From NCBI GenBank assembly GCA_000388065.2, contig KB932202.1: 64,000 nucleotides of DNA, one strand, 5' to 3'. Numbering within the stretch: position 1 is the stretch's first letter; the number at the start of each line of letters is the position of its first letter. Under the pieces are notes generated by a model. The model did not search any database and was not told the DNA's origin. It saw only the letters and a program-made list of their open reading frames with translations. Made by a program: the position numbers and the translations under genes. Below, piece after piece: positions 50,309 to 63,300 of the stretch. Origin of the DNA: Fonticula alba ATCC 38817 (Eukaryota; Protista; Nucleariida).

Positions 50309-51383
50309 ATGTCCGTCCTCCCTTGCCTCCTTCCCAAGGCCCTCCCCCATCAGGTGGAGGTCCTCTACTGTGGCCGTACGTTGGCCATGATTAGGCGGAG
50401 AGATGACTTTCTTGCCCTGCCCCCCTCCTCCAATTCCCCTGATCTCCGCCTGACGCCCACTCCTCTCCCATGGAACTTTGGCGATCTCCCTCGGCCATAG
50501 TGTGCAGCTATCCTCGCGAGTATTGCGAGATCTTCCCCGCGGCCAAGAAGTGCGCCGTCTGGTGGCAGAAGGCCCACCCGGAGCTCTTTGCCGAGGCCGA
50601 GACCGTGGAGTCGGCTCCGGCGGACAGCGCCGCTCCCTCGGGCGACGCCCCTGCCGACGGTGCCTCCGCTCCGCCGGCCACCATCAACCCCACCAAGCTG
50701 GCAGCTGCTGCCCGCAAGGCTGACGCCGCCAAGAAGGCCGTACGTTCCGGCATTTCCCCCGTCCGCCCGGACATTGCTCCGCCGGGCTTTGGGCCCGAAA
50801 GCAGAGCCTCCCCCTTCTCACCCTCAAGAAATGTGTCTCCCCACGCAGAACATGGTCATCATCAGCAATGCCTCGCGCCGTGGGCGTAAGGCCGTCACTT
50901 CGGTCCGTGGTCTGGACAAGCACGGTGCGACAAGTGTCCTCTTCCTCGGGCCCTCTCATCCTCCTCTTCTTCCCCTGCTGCCTCCTCCCTTCCCTCTTCT
51001 CCTTCCTTCCAGTCCCCACTCACTCCAACGCCCATTTGCTCTGATGCCGGGGCCTGGAAATGCCGCCCACATCAATCCGACGCAGGAATCGACCTCAAGA
51101 AGACTGCCAAGTCCTTCTCGGGGAAGTTCGCCTCCTCCAGCAGCGTGAGCAAGAACAACACCGGCCAGAACGAGGTCATCGTTCAGGGCGACATCTGCCG
51201 TGAGGTGCTCCAGTACCTGAAGGAACTCTATCCCGAGGTGCGTGTGGTCACTGGCCTGCGCGTGTGGGCCCCAGCATACGCGCAGGTAGACACACATCCG
51301 CCACACATGCACCCTCGCACACTACTGACACCACTCTGCCCTCTTCCCCTCTCCNNNNNNNNNNCGTCTACCTCATTGAGTAG
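50309..51383 (+). CDS. DENR: Density-regulated protein DENR/Tma22 (SUI1-domain translation re-initiation factor)
   Basis: Exons ~50309-50375, 50501-50739, 50849-50924, 51086-51237, plus a last exon partly inside the N gap and ending VYLIE* (51383). It has the four-Cys Zn motif VLYCGLCSYPREYCE..KKC and the SUI1 domain RRGRKAVTSVRGL..IDLKKTAKSFSGKFASSSSV..EVIVQGD. The start codon is uncertain. Confidence 0.9.
51355..51364. other. Short assembly gap covering the acceptor and start of the last DENR exon
   Basis: 10 N lie between a pyrimidine tract and ...gtctacctcattgagtag. Confidence 0.85.
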
Positions 51384-51631
51384 AGTCACTGTGAACAGTC
51401 CCACACATCCGCCAGCGGATGCTCCCTTATACCACGTCCCCACGCCTCGACCCTGTGTCTGGGCCTCGCGTTGCCATCCCTCCCTCTCCACTGCCAGGAG
51501 GTGGCACAATACACACCCCACACACGTACACCAAATACACCCTTCTCTGTCTAGATCCTTAACGCCTCGATTTCTCCCCGTGCGCATGCGTATCTCCATG
51601 TGTGCGCACGCGTGTGGGTCTGTGCGCGTGC

Positions 51632-51662
<31 letters not shown>

Positions 51663-52133
51663 AGAGAGAGGATGACGAAGAGAAAGAAATACCCCTCCGG
51701 GGCGGCATGCAACATGAAGGCCGATGGGGCATGCATTTGCGGGTGTCGTCGCTGCCCCTCCCCGGTCCACCCCCGGCAGCGGGGGAGGGGGCCCTTCCAG
51801 GGCGAGATGGTTATTGACCCCATGTGCCAATGAATCAGTCAACATTCCACTCCTCCGTCGACAGTGGAATCCCGCGCGCCTCGGCCTGCGGGGGGGGGGT
51901 GCGGCGCAGGCGCGAGTCCTCCGTCCGGCGCCAGCAGCATGCACAACTGCATTCGCAGCCAGTGGGGCCCCGGGCAGGATGTTGGGCTCTGGGCGCTTTG
52001 GGGATCCGTCCACATCCCTCGCCCGGCAGCCAAGGCGACGGCCCCTGAGGATGGTCGGTCAAGCTGATACCGTTTTCCTTTCACCAAGACTGGCAGGGGC
52101 TGCGGGACGACGGGGAGCTGCTTTTACCCCCCC

Positions 52134-52164
<31 letters not shown>

Positions 52165-52460
52165 ACATACACTCAATTGCCCCTTCTTTTTCTTTTTCTT
52201 TTTGGTCTTCCGTGCTTCCCCAGGCATGAGGGGCAAGTCGTTGCCGCGCTTGGCAGGATCCCGTCCGGAAAATCGGCTTTTCAGCCGCCCCCCTCTCGAC
52301 TCCGCACAACCACCCAAACGTCAACATAGCACCACCACCCCCCCCCCTCCGCCTTATCCAATCCTTTCCTTCCCCTTCCCTCGAACCCTCCTCCCCCTTT
52401 CCACTCCCTTCCGCCACCACCCCACCCCCCTGCCTCCAAGTTCTGCGCTGGAAGCCAACC

Positions 52461-52930
52461 ATGTCCGGCTCCCACCAGCCCATCATGGGGAGCTCCTCAC
52501 GACTGAGTGTCTCTGACACGATGACCCAGCTGAAGGAGCTGATTGTGGCCGGTCGCAGCAAGGCCAAGGTATTTCTTCCGCAATGCCCTGCTGGCCTCCG
52601 TCCCCCTTCCGCCCTCGCCATCACCCGCTGACCCCCCCTCCCCCCTCCCTCCCCCCTTTTCCTGATGCCCTCGAAACAGGAGAAGCAGCCCTCCTTCGAT
52701 CCGTTTGTGTATCACGACGACCTGCCCACCCTGGACGATCGCGTAAATGTCCTCTTCGCCTATGCTGATCGCCCGCGCATCATGAAGATCGTGGAGCTGT
52801 CCAACGCCGGCTTTGGCGAGTGTACGCTCCCCCTCCACCCTGAGTCCCTGCTGCCTCTAGTATCGAGGTCACCTCGGCGGGCACACATCTGCCTGCCTCT
52901 ACTCGCCCCTTTAACTCCCCCCTCCCCCCT

Positions 52931-52966
<36 letters not shown>

Positions 52967-55900
52967 CACCACCACCAGCCTGGGGCACCCTCTCGGATCG
53001 AGACAAGGTGAAGACCATCAAGACGCATTTGACACGGCTGGCCCTGTCGTCGTCGGACTTCGGCGAGTCGCAGTCGGTGCGCAAGCTGTCCGACTCGCTG
53101 CTCGAGCCGACGGTCATCAACTCCACGTACTTCTTCCTCGCCGCGGCTGCCGGCCTGCTTCCCTCGCCAACCAGTGTCGAGGCACACCGGCAGGCGATCC
53201 GCAGCAACTGCCATCTGATCACCATCTCCACCGTGTCCGTCAGTAATCCCGACGGGCAGATGCTGCCGGCGCGTGGGTTTGTCGTGCTGGCCTCGCGCCT
53301 GGAGAGCCACCTGCGAGTACTGTGCGCATTGCATCATATTTTTTTCCCCCACTCCCCTGCACCTTGCGCTTTCTCCGCCCTCCTCTTCTCCCTCGCGGAA
53401 GAGCCATCGCCGCCCTTCGCCCACTCCTCGCTGACACTCTCGACGGCATGTAGCAACCGCTTCGCGACCGCGGCTCCCGGCCCCCCGGAGGCGGACATCC
53501 CGGAGGCAGACCTCGATCGGCATTGGGAGCAGGTGGCCGATTTGTGCACCATCTTGAGTGCCCTCCTCGCCGGTGCCGACCGCTCGTGCATGGAGGACGT
53601 CTTTTCGCCCGGCTCGCGCGCGGCCTCCGACCAGCCGGAGGTTTGGGCCACAGACCCGGGCCTGGCACGCGAAGCGCGTGCTCCCCTGCCTGGCCGGACG
53701 CGCTCTCTTTTCATCATCCTGGCCGAGGCGTTGATTGTACAGTCGTCCGTGCGCAGCCGCGCGCCGGGGAGCGGCTCCTCGCCACAGTCCGCCTCTCGTC
53801 GGTACCCGGACTCCATGCCTCTGCGGCGAGTATGTGTCAGAAAGAAGAGGGTCGCCTTTCTATCTCCCTCTCGAATACCCCCTCTGACGTCTGTCCCGCC
53901 TCCCCCTCCCAGGTTCTCTTCCTCCTTCGTGCCCTGCTGCATGCCTCCTTTGGCCAGCATGCCGGTGAGTGGAGCCATCTGATGGACCATGCGCGAATGC
54001 GTGCCGGCTTGGCCCCGCGGCGCCGGGTGGAGGCTCCTCCTGGGACTTCAACGACGATGTGCGAGTGCCTGGCACTGCCGGCCAGCGCGGCACTGGATCA
54101 TGCCAGTCCCGTTGTTCGACCGGCTTTGGGCGTGTATACGAAGAACTCCCGTCGAGAGCGTGTGCGCTTTGCCCAGGTGACCGCGGCGCGCTTCTACGGC
54201 GTTGAGCCACCACCCGGACCCAATGATCAGGGCACCCCGGTGGCAGATCAGCTGCTGGAGCAGCACTGCCTATGTGTGGCCCTCGGTCGGCGTGGGTGCA
54301 CTCACTGCCCGGAGCGCTGCGGGGGCGGCGTCTTTCGGGACCCTCTGTATGCCACGCTGCCGCGCTCGGTGCAGGTGAGCCTGGCCACCCTGGCCCGGAA
54401 CCAGTATACCTCGCTGCATTCCTTGACCATCGAGAACTTCCTGCGCAATTTGCGCAACGCCAGCAGCGAGAATGCCCCTCTTCCCGAGCCCTCGGACCAA
54501 TACTCCGGACATCTGCCCTTCGCGGCGCCTTGGTGGGAGGGCCTTGTTCCGCCGCGGCCGACAGGTGCTGCGGCCGGTCCGTCCGGGCGCTCACTCATGG
54601 CCGAGCGCCTGGACGCCCTGCATACCTTCTTCGTGCGTTTCACCATCTGCTGGTCCCCGGCCTTTCCTTGCAAATACCCATGCATGCATCCGCAAGTGGG
54701 CCACATATGTGCCCCACTTCCCCCGCCCACTCCCTCTCCACCACCACCGCCACCACGCCCACCACTTACATCAGCCTCCCGGCTCCGATGCGCTCCCATG
54801 TACATAGTCCCAGCTCATTCCCTTTGCCCCGGGTCTCATCGTGCTGCTGGAAACCCTGCTCCTGGCCTCGCTTCCCAGTACCACGAGCTATGTCAATGAT
54901 TCCAACATCATGGGCGAGCTGCGCTATGCTCGGCGGCATAGCATCTTCACTGGGGAGCGTGGCGATGCCGGCACCGGGGGCGGGTCCTCCGGCGGATCTG
55001 GTTTTGGTGGATCTGGATCCAGCTCCAACAGTGGCTCTTTCCAGGGGTCGCTGCCTGACATGGTGGATGAGCTGCGCCAGCGCGAGCTTGTGGCCTATGC
55101 GACGACCGGCTTGCTGCTGACCCTGCTCAAGCTGGCCAAGATTTCCCGTATGCAAACACATCCTTCCTGCTTGGAAACCCCGAAGCACATACCTATTCTC
55201 CGTTCCACTGACACCCTTTCTCCTCCTCCTTCTCTCCCCCTTGACCATGAAGATGGTCTGCTCTTTGAGTACTTCACCCACATGCTGGTCAAGAACAATG
55301 GCATTCTCCTGGTGATTAAGTTCCTTCGCCAAAACATGGGCACCTACATCACCTCTAAGGGGGACATCCCGGAGCTCAAGTGCGTTCTGCCTCTTCCCTC
55401 TTGCATCCTCCGCATATTGCCTCTCTGCTTCTTTGTTGCGTCCGTCCTCTCACACGCACACGTCGCACAATGAAGCTTCTTGAACATTTCCACAAATTGG
55501 GAAGGCACATACTCCAAATCCTGCTGGGCCGAAGATGGGTCTGGCTCTGGGTCGGTTGTGCCGAGCTCCTCCTCCCCTCTGACGGTGGGCGGCGCCAGTC
55601 GCGGCAACAGCATCAACCTGACCGGGATTCCGGCCAACCTGGCCTCCGGGGTAGCCAATCGCAGCCGGGGCAATAGTCTCAGCCTGACCGGTGGTCTGCC
55701 ACTGAATCTGATGTCGGCGGCGGCGGCGGCTGCCGCTGCGCCGGCCCCGGCCGCGGCCTCTGCAATGCGCAACCAATATGTCAGCTTCCGCAATGCCTCG
55801 ACGGTGCTGGTGCTGCTGCGCCTCCTGCAAAAGATGACCAAGAACCAGCCGGCGCGCATTGCCCTCCTGTACCAAACCAAGGTGGATGACGTTTTGCGCC

Positions 55901-56949
55901 GGCTGCTTAAGCTGCCGGTTATTCTCTCCTTCAGTCCGTACACCCGGCGGCGTGGCCCGCGTCCCGGAATGGAAGCAGCGGAGGGTGGCTCGGCGCCGGA
56001 TTCCCCGGCCGATGCGACTTCGGCTGTGGCCGCCCCCACGACGGCAGAATCCAGCGCGGGTGATGCCCCTGCTGCGAGCACCACGACGGCCAGCCCCTTC
56101 GAGCGCTATGCTTTGAAGATTATTCTGTCCATGCTTCCGCTGCTTGGTCGGACATGGGTGCACCAGCATATGCGCATCCTGTCCGGCGTCTTCTACAATG
56201 TCCCCATGCGTCTGGGCGTTGAGCGGGTGCTGTTCTGTGCTCCGGCCGGTGGAATCGGCGTGCCGGGACTGAATGACAGCCAGCGCCGCCAGCTGGACAC
56301 CCTGGAGCTGGCGCACACCCTGCAAACGTATCTCTACGATTCGGATCCGGATGGCGAGAGGGTGTACGACGAGATGCTGGACCTGCCGGACTGGGAGGAC
56401 GGGACCCCGAGCGCCGATCCGGTGGATGATCCCGACAATCTCAAGTCCCTGGCGGCCCTGTATGCAGCGGCCCTCGAGCGGGACTATCTCATCGGGGTGG
56501 AGAATGCCGGCATGGGTCACACCCTGACGGCGCATCTTCCGTCGGCGGATGCGGCTGCCGCCGCCATTCCTGGCGGCCCGGCTGGCCAGGCGGACATGCT
56601 GAGCCTGGACGAATTCATGGGCTCCGGCATTGGGACCGGCGAGGAGAGCGTGAACCTGACCGCATCCACAGACTCCTCATTCCAGCTGGACCGCATGTTG
56701 GCCGACATGCCGGACCTGGATGAGGCTGACATGATGGCCTCAATGGCCGCAGGTGGCGGGGACTTGGAACTTTGGCTTGAGCGTGAGGTCTTCGCTGGTG
56801 CCTATTCGGCCGAGTGGGCACAGTTCCTGCACGGGCAGCCGGCCGACGGGGCTGGCGGTGGCCTGGCAGCAATGGCCCTGCGTCCGGGGATAGATCTTTC
56901 GGAGCTTCCGCCAGACCCGCAGCAGGCCGCCTGGAACCGGGTGGTTTGA
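52461..56949 (+). CDS. FAR11: Striatin-interacting protein STRIP1/FAM40/Far11 (STRIPAK complex), 8 exons
   Basis: Exons 52461-52568, 52680-52821, 52979-53321, 53454-53829, 53913-54632, 54808-55147, 55253-55379 and 55476-56949, all phase-consistent. Motifs: MPLRRVLFLLRALL, VDELRQRELVAYATTGLLLTLLK, FEYFTHMLVKNNGILLVIKFLRQNMGTYITSK, FRNASTVLVLLRLLQKMTK, YALKII..LGRTWVHQHMRILSGVF, and LWLEREVF (conserved STRIP C-terminus). Confidence 0.9.
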
Positions 56950-57229
56950 GCCCGGCAGGCATCTCCCTCTTTTCCTCTCTGTGGTCGCCCTCCCTGCGGT
57001 TGCCTTTTTCCCCACCCGCGAGAGAAAAGAAGGGACGCCCCCGATGGAGACAATGTAAACCAATATACGTGACCCCCCTTCCTCCTCCGCCTTTCCATTA
57101 TTTATTTATTTTTCTGAGAGCCGCACATGCACGCGTGCGCGTGATGGGGAGCAAGCGTTGCTGCTTTCAGCTTGGGCCACTTTCCCACCAGGTGTGTCCT
57201 GTCATCAGGGGAGAGAGAAGAACAGAATA

Positions 57230-57231
<2 letters not shown>

Positions 57232-57297
<66 letters not shown>
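57232..57297. repeat. Interrupted (TG)n microsatellite between the convergent STRIP1 and fimbrin genes
   Basis: Two long tgtgtg runs are separated by 'tgag'. Similar (AG)n and (CA)n tracts occur in many introns and intergenic regions. Confidence 0.9.
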
Positions 57298-57299
<2 letters not shown>

Positions 57300-58319
57300 C
57301 TCGTCTGAAGAGCACAAATGTCATCCATCGGCGAGAGGCGCACACAGGGGAAGAGAGGGGGAACACCGGCACAGGAAAGGAAAGACAAAGAGGGATTTGG
57401 GTATATTGAGAAGAGGAAGAGACGGGGCAATGCATGTGACTGAGCACTAAACTTCTAGGGCACAGACAGGCATGCGATCCGGAAGGCTGGTTTTGGAGAG
57501 GGAGAGAGGAGGGAGGTCATCCTCCGCTCCTGCCAGCTCTGTCGCCACAAAATGGGGAGGGGGGAAGGGGAGAGAGAGAGAGAGAGGGGGGGAGGGAAGA
57601 AGGAGGCATGCCGTCGCACAGCAACAAAACACGCCACCCTCCGAGGGTGGAGGCGCGGCTCGCGCGCATGGAAGGACGCGCGATGACAGAGGAAGAAAGA
57701 GCAAGGAGGAGGGGGATACGACGTCCACAGGGGGATCTTTCCCTCTCCGGACACACAGCCTCCCACATGGCTCCCCTCTCACTGGTTGCCCCCCCGGCGC
57801 GCAGAGCCGCACACAAAGGAGAAACAGGGAGAAGGGGAGAGGAGGGGAGGAGGGACACCATGGGCCTCATCTTTCCGGACCTCAGCATTACTCATTCGGA
57901 TGGGCCGCCTCTCGCGCGTGCGCCTCCTTGAGCGGCATATGCCAAATTAAATGCTCAAAGGCCATGGAGAAAAAGGGCTTTTTCTCCACCTCGCACACCT
58001 CCCCATACACCTTTTTCTCGCACACGCATACACACGCAGACTGAACATGGACATTGAGAGGGGGGGGGACCTGCGCGCGCACACGAGACGAAGGCACGAT
58101 GACACACAGGAAGGACACTCACAAGTCACGCAGATGATGATATGCATGGGAGGGAGGATACAGCCCCGGCGAAGGGGGAGGGAGGTGGGGGGAGGGGAGG
58201 AGAGGGAGCAAGGAAGATGGGCTCACGCATTGGGAAGCAAAGCGAGGGAGAAGCCGAGGGGAAAGGGGAGAGGAGGAAGGGAAAGAAGAGGGCAGCGGTG
58301 ACAGCAGCACACGAGGCGC

Positions 58320-60317
58320 TTAGTTGCTGGGGGTGTAGCCGACCACCATGATGGTAGCGAAGACGGTCATGACCATCTTCTGCTTGACCTCGACCAGGTC
58401 CTCGGGGAGGGCGAAGACGGTGGCACCAATCTTGCGGGCCATGGAGACGGCGTACTTGGCGTTCTTCATCTTGTCGGCCAGAGAAACCGGGTTGGAGATG
58501 ACCAGGTTGTACTGGATGGACTGGGGCTTGATGGCGTCGACCAGGTCGATGACCACCAGCGAAGAGCTGATGGACGAGTCGCGGAAGGAGTCCAGCTTGG
58601 TGGTCTTGCCAGCGGCAGCCAGGGTCTGGTTGACCCACTGGATGATCTCCTTGTCCTGGATGAGGCCCTGACCACCGGCCAGCTGGTTGAGGATGGTCAG
58701 AGTGTGGGCGCGCATCATCTGCCAGACAACGGCCAGAGAGAGGGTCTTGTTGCCGTCGAAGATGTCCTTGCCACCGATGCCGACAACGGACATGTTGGTC
58801 TGCTTGGCCAGGTCCACGGCGTAGTTGCAGTTCTCGAGCTTCTTCATGTTGCCACCGATCTTGGAGAAGGGGGGCTGGTTGACCTTGTCCCAGTGAACAA
58901 TGCCGGGGCGGATCTTGTCGAACAGCTGGATGAGGACAAGGCCGTCGCGCAGGTCCTGGTACAGGTTGTTGACGAAGGGCTCGACACCGAGGGAGTTCAT
59001 CCAGTTGCGGTAGGTCTTCTCCTCGCGGGTCTCCTCGATGACCTCGATCTCGACGGCCTCCAGGGCGGGGAACATGTTGAAGAGGTTGGCGACGAAGGCC
59101 AGGTTGAGCTTCTGGTTGCCCTTGGCCACGTCGTTGGCGCGGACGAACTTGCGGCAGCCGATCTTGTCGGCCTGCTCGAGCATGCGCTCGGCACGAGTCG
59201 GGTCACCAGACAGGCCGAGGGCCGACTTGTCCACACCGGAGCCCGGGGGGGCAATCTGGTTCAGGAGGATGGTGTAGTTCTCGGAGTCCTTGATGTCATG
59301 ACCGAAGTTGCCCACACGGCGGGGGTGGTTGGCGGCAGCCAGGTGGTAGTTGAACCAGCGCAGGAGCAGCTGCTCGGCCGGCAGGGCCATCAGGTCCTCG
59401 AGGGTCTCATCGCCCTCAAGCAGGCGAGCCAGACCCGGGACATTGGTCAGGTTGATGCGGGCAAAGAGGCCGATACGAATGATCTGCCAGATCAGACCCA
59501 GGAGCAGGTGAGGAGTGGCAGCCTTGATGTCGGACGGGCCGATGTTGACGACATTGCAACCAATGGCCCGGGCGGAGTTGAGCATGAGAGTCAGGTTCTC
59601 GGCAATCTGCACCGGGTGAGTGGCCTTCTTGTTGATGGCGCGCTCGTCAATGGTCTCGGGGACGGCGTCGTTGATGAGCTTCATCAGGATGATACCGTCG
59701 GTGCACTTGTTGAAGAGGTCCAGGCCGGCATCGCGGACGGGCATGTACTTGTTGCACTCGGCATTCTCGCCAAGAACATAGTTGATCCAGTCCACGAAAG
59801 CGACCTTCTCCTCATCGGAGTAGGAGTGAGTGGTACCGTCGGCCGAGGCGGACGAGGTACCCTCATGGACGTTCAGGTTGCCGACACGGCTGACAACGGT
59901 GCTGAAGCCGGTCTCACGGCCCTGGCGCAGCTGGTCAAGCATCTGGAGAGGGGAGCAGGGGGAAAGAACCGCAGGGGTCACGGGAGGTTAGAAAGGGGCT
60001 GCAGGACGGGGGCGAGAGAGAGAGAGAGAGGGAGAGAGACGGGGGGGGCGGGAAGAGCACAATGACAGCACAGGGATGTGACCGCCGGCACGCACGGTCA
60101 GGAACTCGAGCCAGTCGATGACGCCATCGCGGTTGAGGTCGGCCTGCTCGATCATCTCGCGGACGCGGTAGCCCGGGACGTCCTTCTCGCCGCAAGCGAT
60201 GAGGACATCACGGAGCTCCTTGTGGTCGATGGAACCGTTGCCGTCGGCGTCGAACTTGGCGAACATGGCGCGGTAGTCGGCCAGGTCCTCGGCATTGAAC
60301 TTGGACTCAATGGACAT
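58320..60317 (-). CDS. SAC6: Fimbrin/plastin (EF-hands + two actin-binding domains), 614 aa, 2 exons
   Basis: Exons 60317-60096 and 59942-58320. EF-hand loops: DADGNGSIDHKE and DLNRDGVIDWLE. CH-domain motifs: HSYSDEEKVAFVDWIN, DGIILMKLINDAVPETIDER, LLGLIWQIIRIGL, EQLLLRWFNYHL, KLNLAFVANLFN, ETREEKTYRNWMNSLG, NAKYAVSMARKIGA, VFALPEDLVEV. Confidence 0.97.
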
Positions 60318-63300
60318 GGTTGCTGGGGGGGAGAGAGAGAATCGGGCTGCGGTGGAGCAGACACTGTTGCGGGTTGACGTAAAGAAAAGGAGGTTAGAAA
60401 GGGAGCGGAGAGGGGGGAGGGAGAAAGAAAGGCAAAGAGGGAGGGGCAGGCGCACCGAAAGGCACAGGAGTGGAGGGGGAAGAGGGGAGAAAAGTAACGA
60501 CGTGGAGAGAGGCACGAAGTCGAAGGAAGTGAAGCAGGGAAGCGTCACAACCAGTCAGAAAAGGTGCGCAAAAAACACGGCGAACTGTGAAGTCCCGCTC
60601 CGGGGATCCACGGACACCGAGGCGCCCCTTATGGCTCCGCCCGGCAGTCCCCCCCCCCCCCACTACCACCACCCCCACCTCACCCCATGTCTACCCCAGC
60701 CCGCCTCCGGCCCCTTCCTACGCACACACACACACACACACACACACACCGGAGTGTCGAGACGCTGCGCGGCACGTTGATACAACGGGAACATGCCCCA
60801 GGAAGTGAGGACAGATGGTCACCCACCCATTCGCGCCCTCACCTGCCCAAACCCACCAACACACGCCCACACGCGGGGGGGAAGAGCGCAAAGGAGTGCC
60901 TCCCCGCCCACACCCGCAGGGAGCAGAGGCTCACAGGAGGCAGGTTAGACCAAGGTATCCCCGGCTCGGAGCCGAACGAGGGCATTCCCAAGGCCTTGGG
61001 GACCAGACTTGGGAACCAGCCAGAGACAAACGTCCGCCAGGGGGACACAGGTGAGGGGCTGCACACCGGAGGCGCAGGACCCGGCAGCAGCCTCCCCTCC
61101 CCCAACCAGGCCTGGAGCCGCACGCACCGTACACTTGCACGCCCAAACATGCACACGCAGAATGGAGTTCCCCTCCCTCGCCCCCCCCCCCCGCCTGCTT
61201 GGCCGCCGGCCTCCGGCCTGGGGCACGCCCCGACCCAGGACGTTCACGCGCAGTCGCAACGCCCCCCCCCCCCGTGAGAGAGGGCAACGACATGGTCGGC
61301 TCCTCCGCTCGCCCCCCTCTGGTCTCGCCCCGCGCGGGGTCAACAACCGCGCCTCAGGCGGCGAGGGCCCTGGGAAGGTGCACCGAAAGGCCGGCACACA
61401 GACTGGCGCATCATTGAACAGCGCGAGCATTGTTTCAGTGGTCGCAGCCCGGAGCCGCCTCCCCCGGTCTAGAAGCCAATGCCGCGGGGCTGGGCGTTGT
61501 CGCGGCGGGCTCTCGTCCCCAGCCGCCCCTTTTGGCGGGGCTGGGCGCCGGCGCGCCGGGAGGCCAGAAGCCGGTAGCCCAAGCCCTGGTCCCCCCCGGC
61601 CTCTAGAGACCACCCCGGGCAAGGGGCCAGCATATATCGGTGGGCAGATGCTAGTCCTTTCTCCGCGGGAAGGTGTAAAAGAGGATCGGCTCCGGGTGTG
61701 GGCACGCCGGCATTCGTGCCGGGTGTGCGATGCGAACACCGCTCGTCAGTCTCCGAGGGGGGAGATTTAGACAGAGAGAGAGAGAGAGAGAGAGAAAAAA
61801 AAACAGGACCAAGTGCCCCAACGGCCTGCCCACCGGCTTGTGTCCCTCCTCGGGTATGTGCCGAGGACCGTCGCAAGGAATGAGCAGGCAAATAACAGGC
61901 GCATACCGGGGACGCGCTTAGCCCCGGGGGGCGGGGGCGAGGGAGGGAACGAGGGCAGCCCGCCCCGGATCCCCAGGGGGGTGGGGGGGGCAAGGGGAGG
62001 GGGGGGGGCGGGGGCGCTCAACTCGCCCACGCATCGCCACACAAACTCGCGACAAGGCCGCGCGAGCGGGAGGCTTTTTGGAGCGTCAAATACCGCGACG
62101 AGACGAGCGCCAAGTGACGCATACTTGAGCTCACAACCTTTGCGCACCACCGGGACGTGATGGGGGGGAGTGGGGGGGGGGGGGGCGGGGGGGCGCGCAG
62201 CGTCCTTGCAGGCGGAGGGCGGGAGGGCGGAGGAGCCGGGGCACCAGCGCATTAACCCAGTTCGGCGGCCAGGGCCTCCGTGGCCACAATAGCGAGAGAG
62301 AGAGAGAGAGAGAGCGCGCCACACACCCCATTTCCAGGCTGGGGGGCCCTTGCTCGGGTGTGGATGGACGGGGACCGCGCGCCAAGCGCGAGAGCATGTA
62401 ATAACATCACAAGATGCCATTGATGCGCCTCCTCGCAGGCCGTGTGGGGCCCGCCCAGCGGGAACTGGGCGCACACACGGACGGCGCCGATACGGACGCG
62501 CCGGCGGCTGGCACCCCAAGAAGGGGGGCAAGGACGCGAGACTTGACACACCCGTACGAGGCTGGAACTTGGACAGAGGGACGCCGATAACCGGCACCGG
62601 CGGAGCCCCCCGGCCGGACACGGGCGGAGAACGTTTGCGCCGCACAGTTCGCCATCCGGAGGCCCCCCCCCCCGCACCCCGGCCGCCGGCTGCAGGGGGA
62701 GGGAGGGGGAGAAGGCCCGAGCACAATAACCGACGAGCATTCCAGGACACATTGCACTGGCCTCCCCGCCGTGCAGGGGGGGTGCACCCTCGGTCCGGGG
62801 AGTATGCGTGTCTGGGGGACATCCTTGGTCTCCTTTTCTTTAATGCCGGGGATGAGTCGAATTTAATATTCAGCAAATATAAATGCTCATGCAACGGGGT
62901 TCCCCAGCTCAGACGTGCTTGCGTGCGTGCGTGCGTGCGTGCGTGCGCCAAAAGGCATACAGCTGCACACGGCCGGATGCGGGGCTGGGCTGGAGTGGTG
63001 GCGGCGGGGCCGGCGCAGGAGGAAGGGGCATATGAGAGGGGCGTGTTCGCCACCGGCTCCGGATCCCCCCGCCCACCCTCCGCCCTCTCCGGAGGGCTGC
63101 CTGGCGACCGGCCCTTCCTCTTTGAAGGGCGGTTGTCGCGCCGGTGCCGTGCACCTCTCCCCAGGGTTCCGTTGGAAGGTCGGTGCTGTCTCCTGGCTCT
63201 TTTTCGCTCCTCCCGCCGGGCGCCGTGACACGCGGAAGCCGGAGCAAGACGACGGGGGGGGGGCGGGGGGCGACACGAGGAGACAACTCGGCCCGGGGAT

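Noticed and set aside
58704-60065. 453-aa + strand ORF opposite fimbrin
   Set aside because: It is an antisense shadow of a strongly codon-biased gene and crosses the fimbrin intron without any domain signal.
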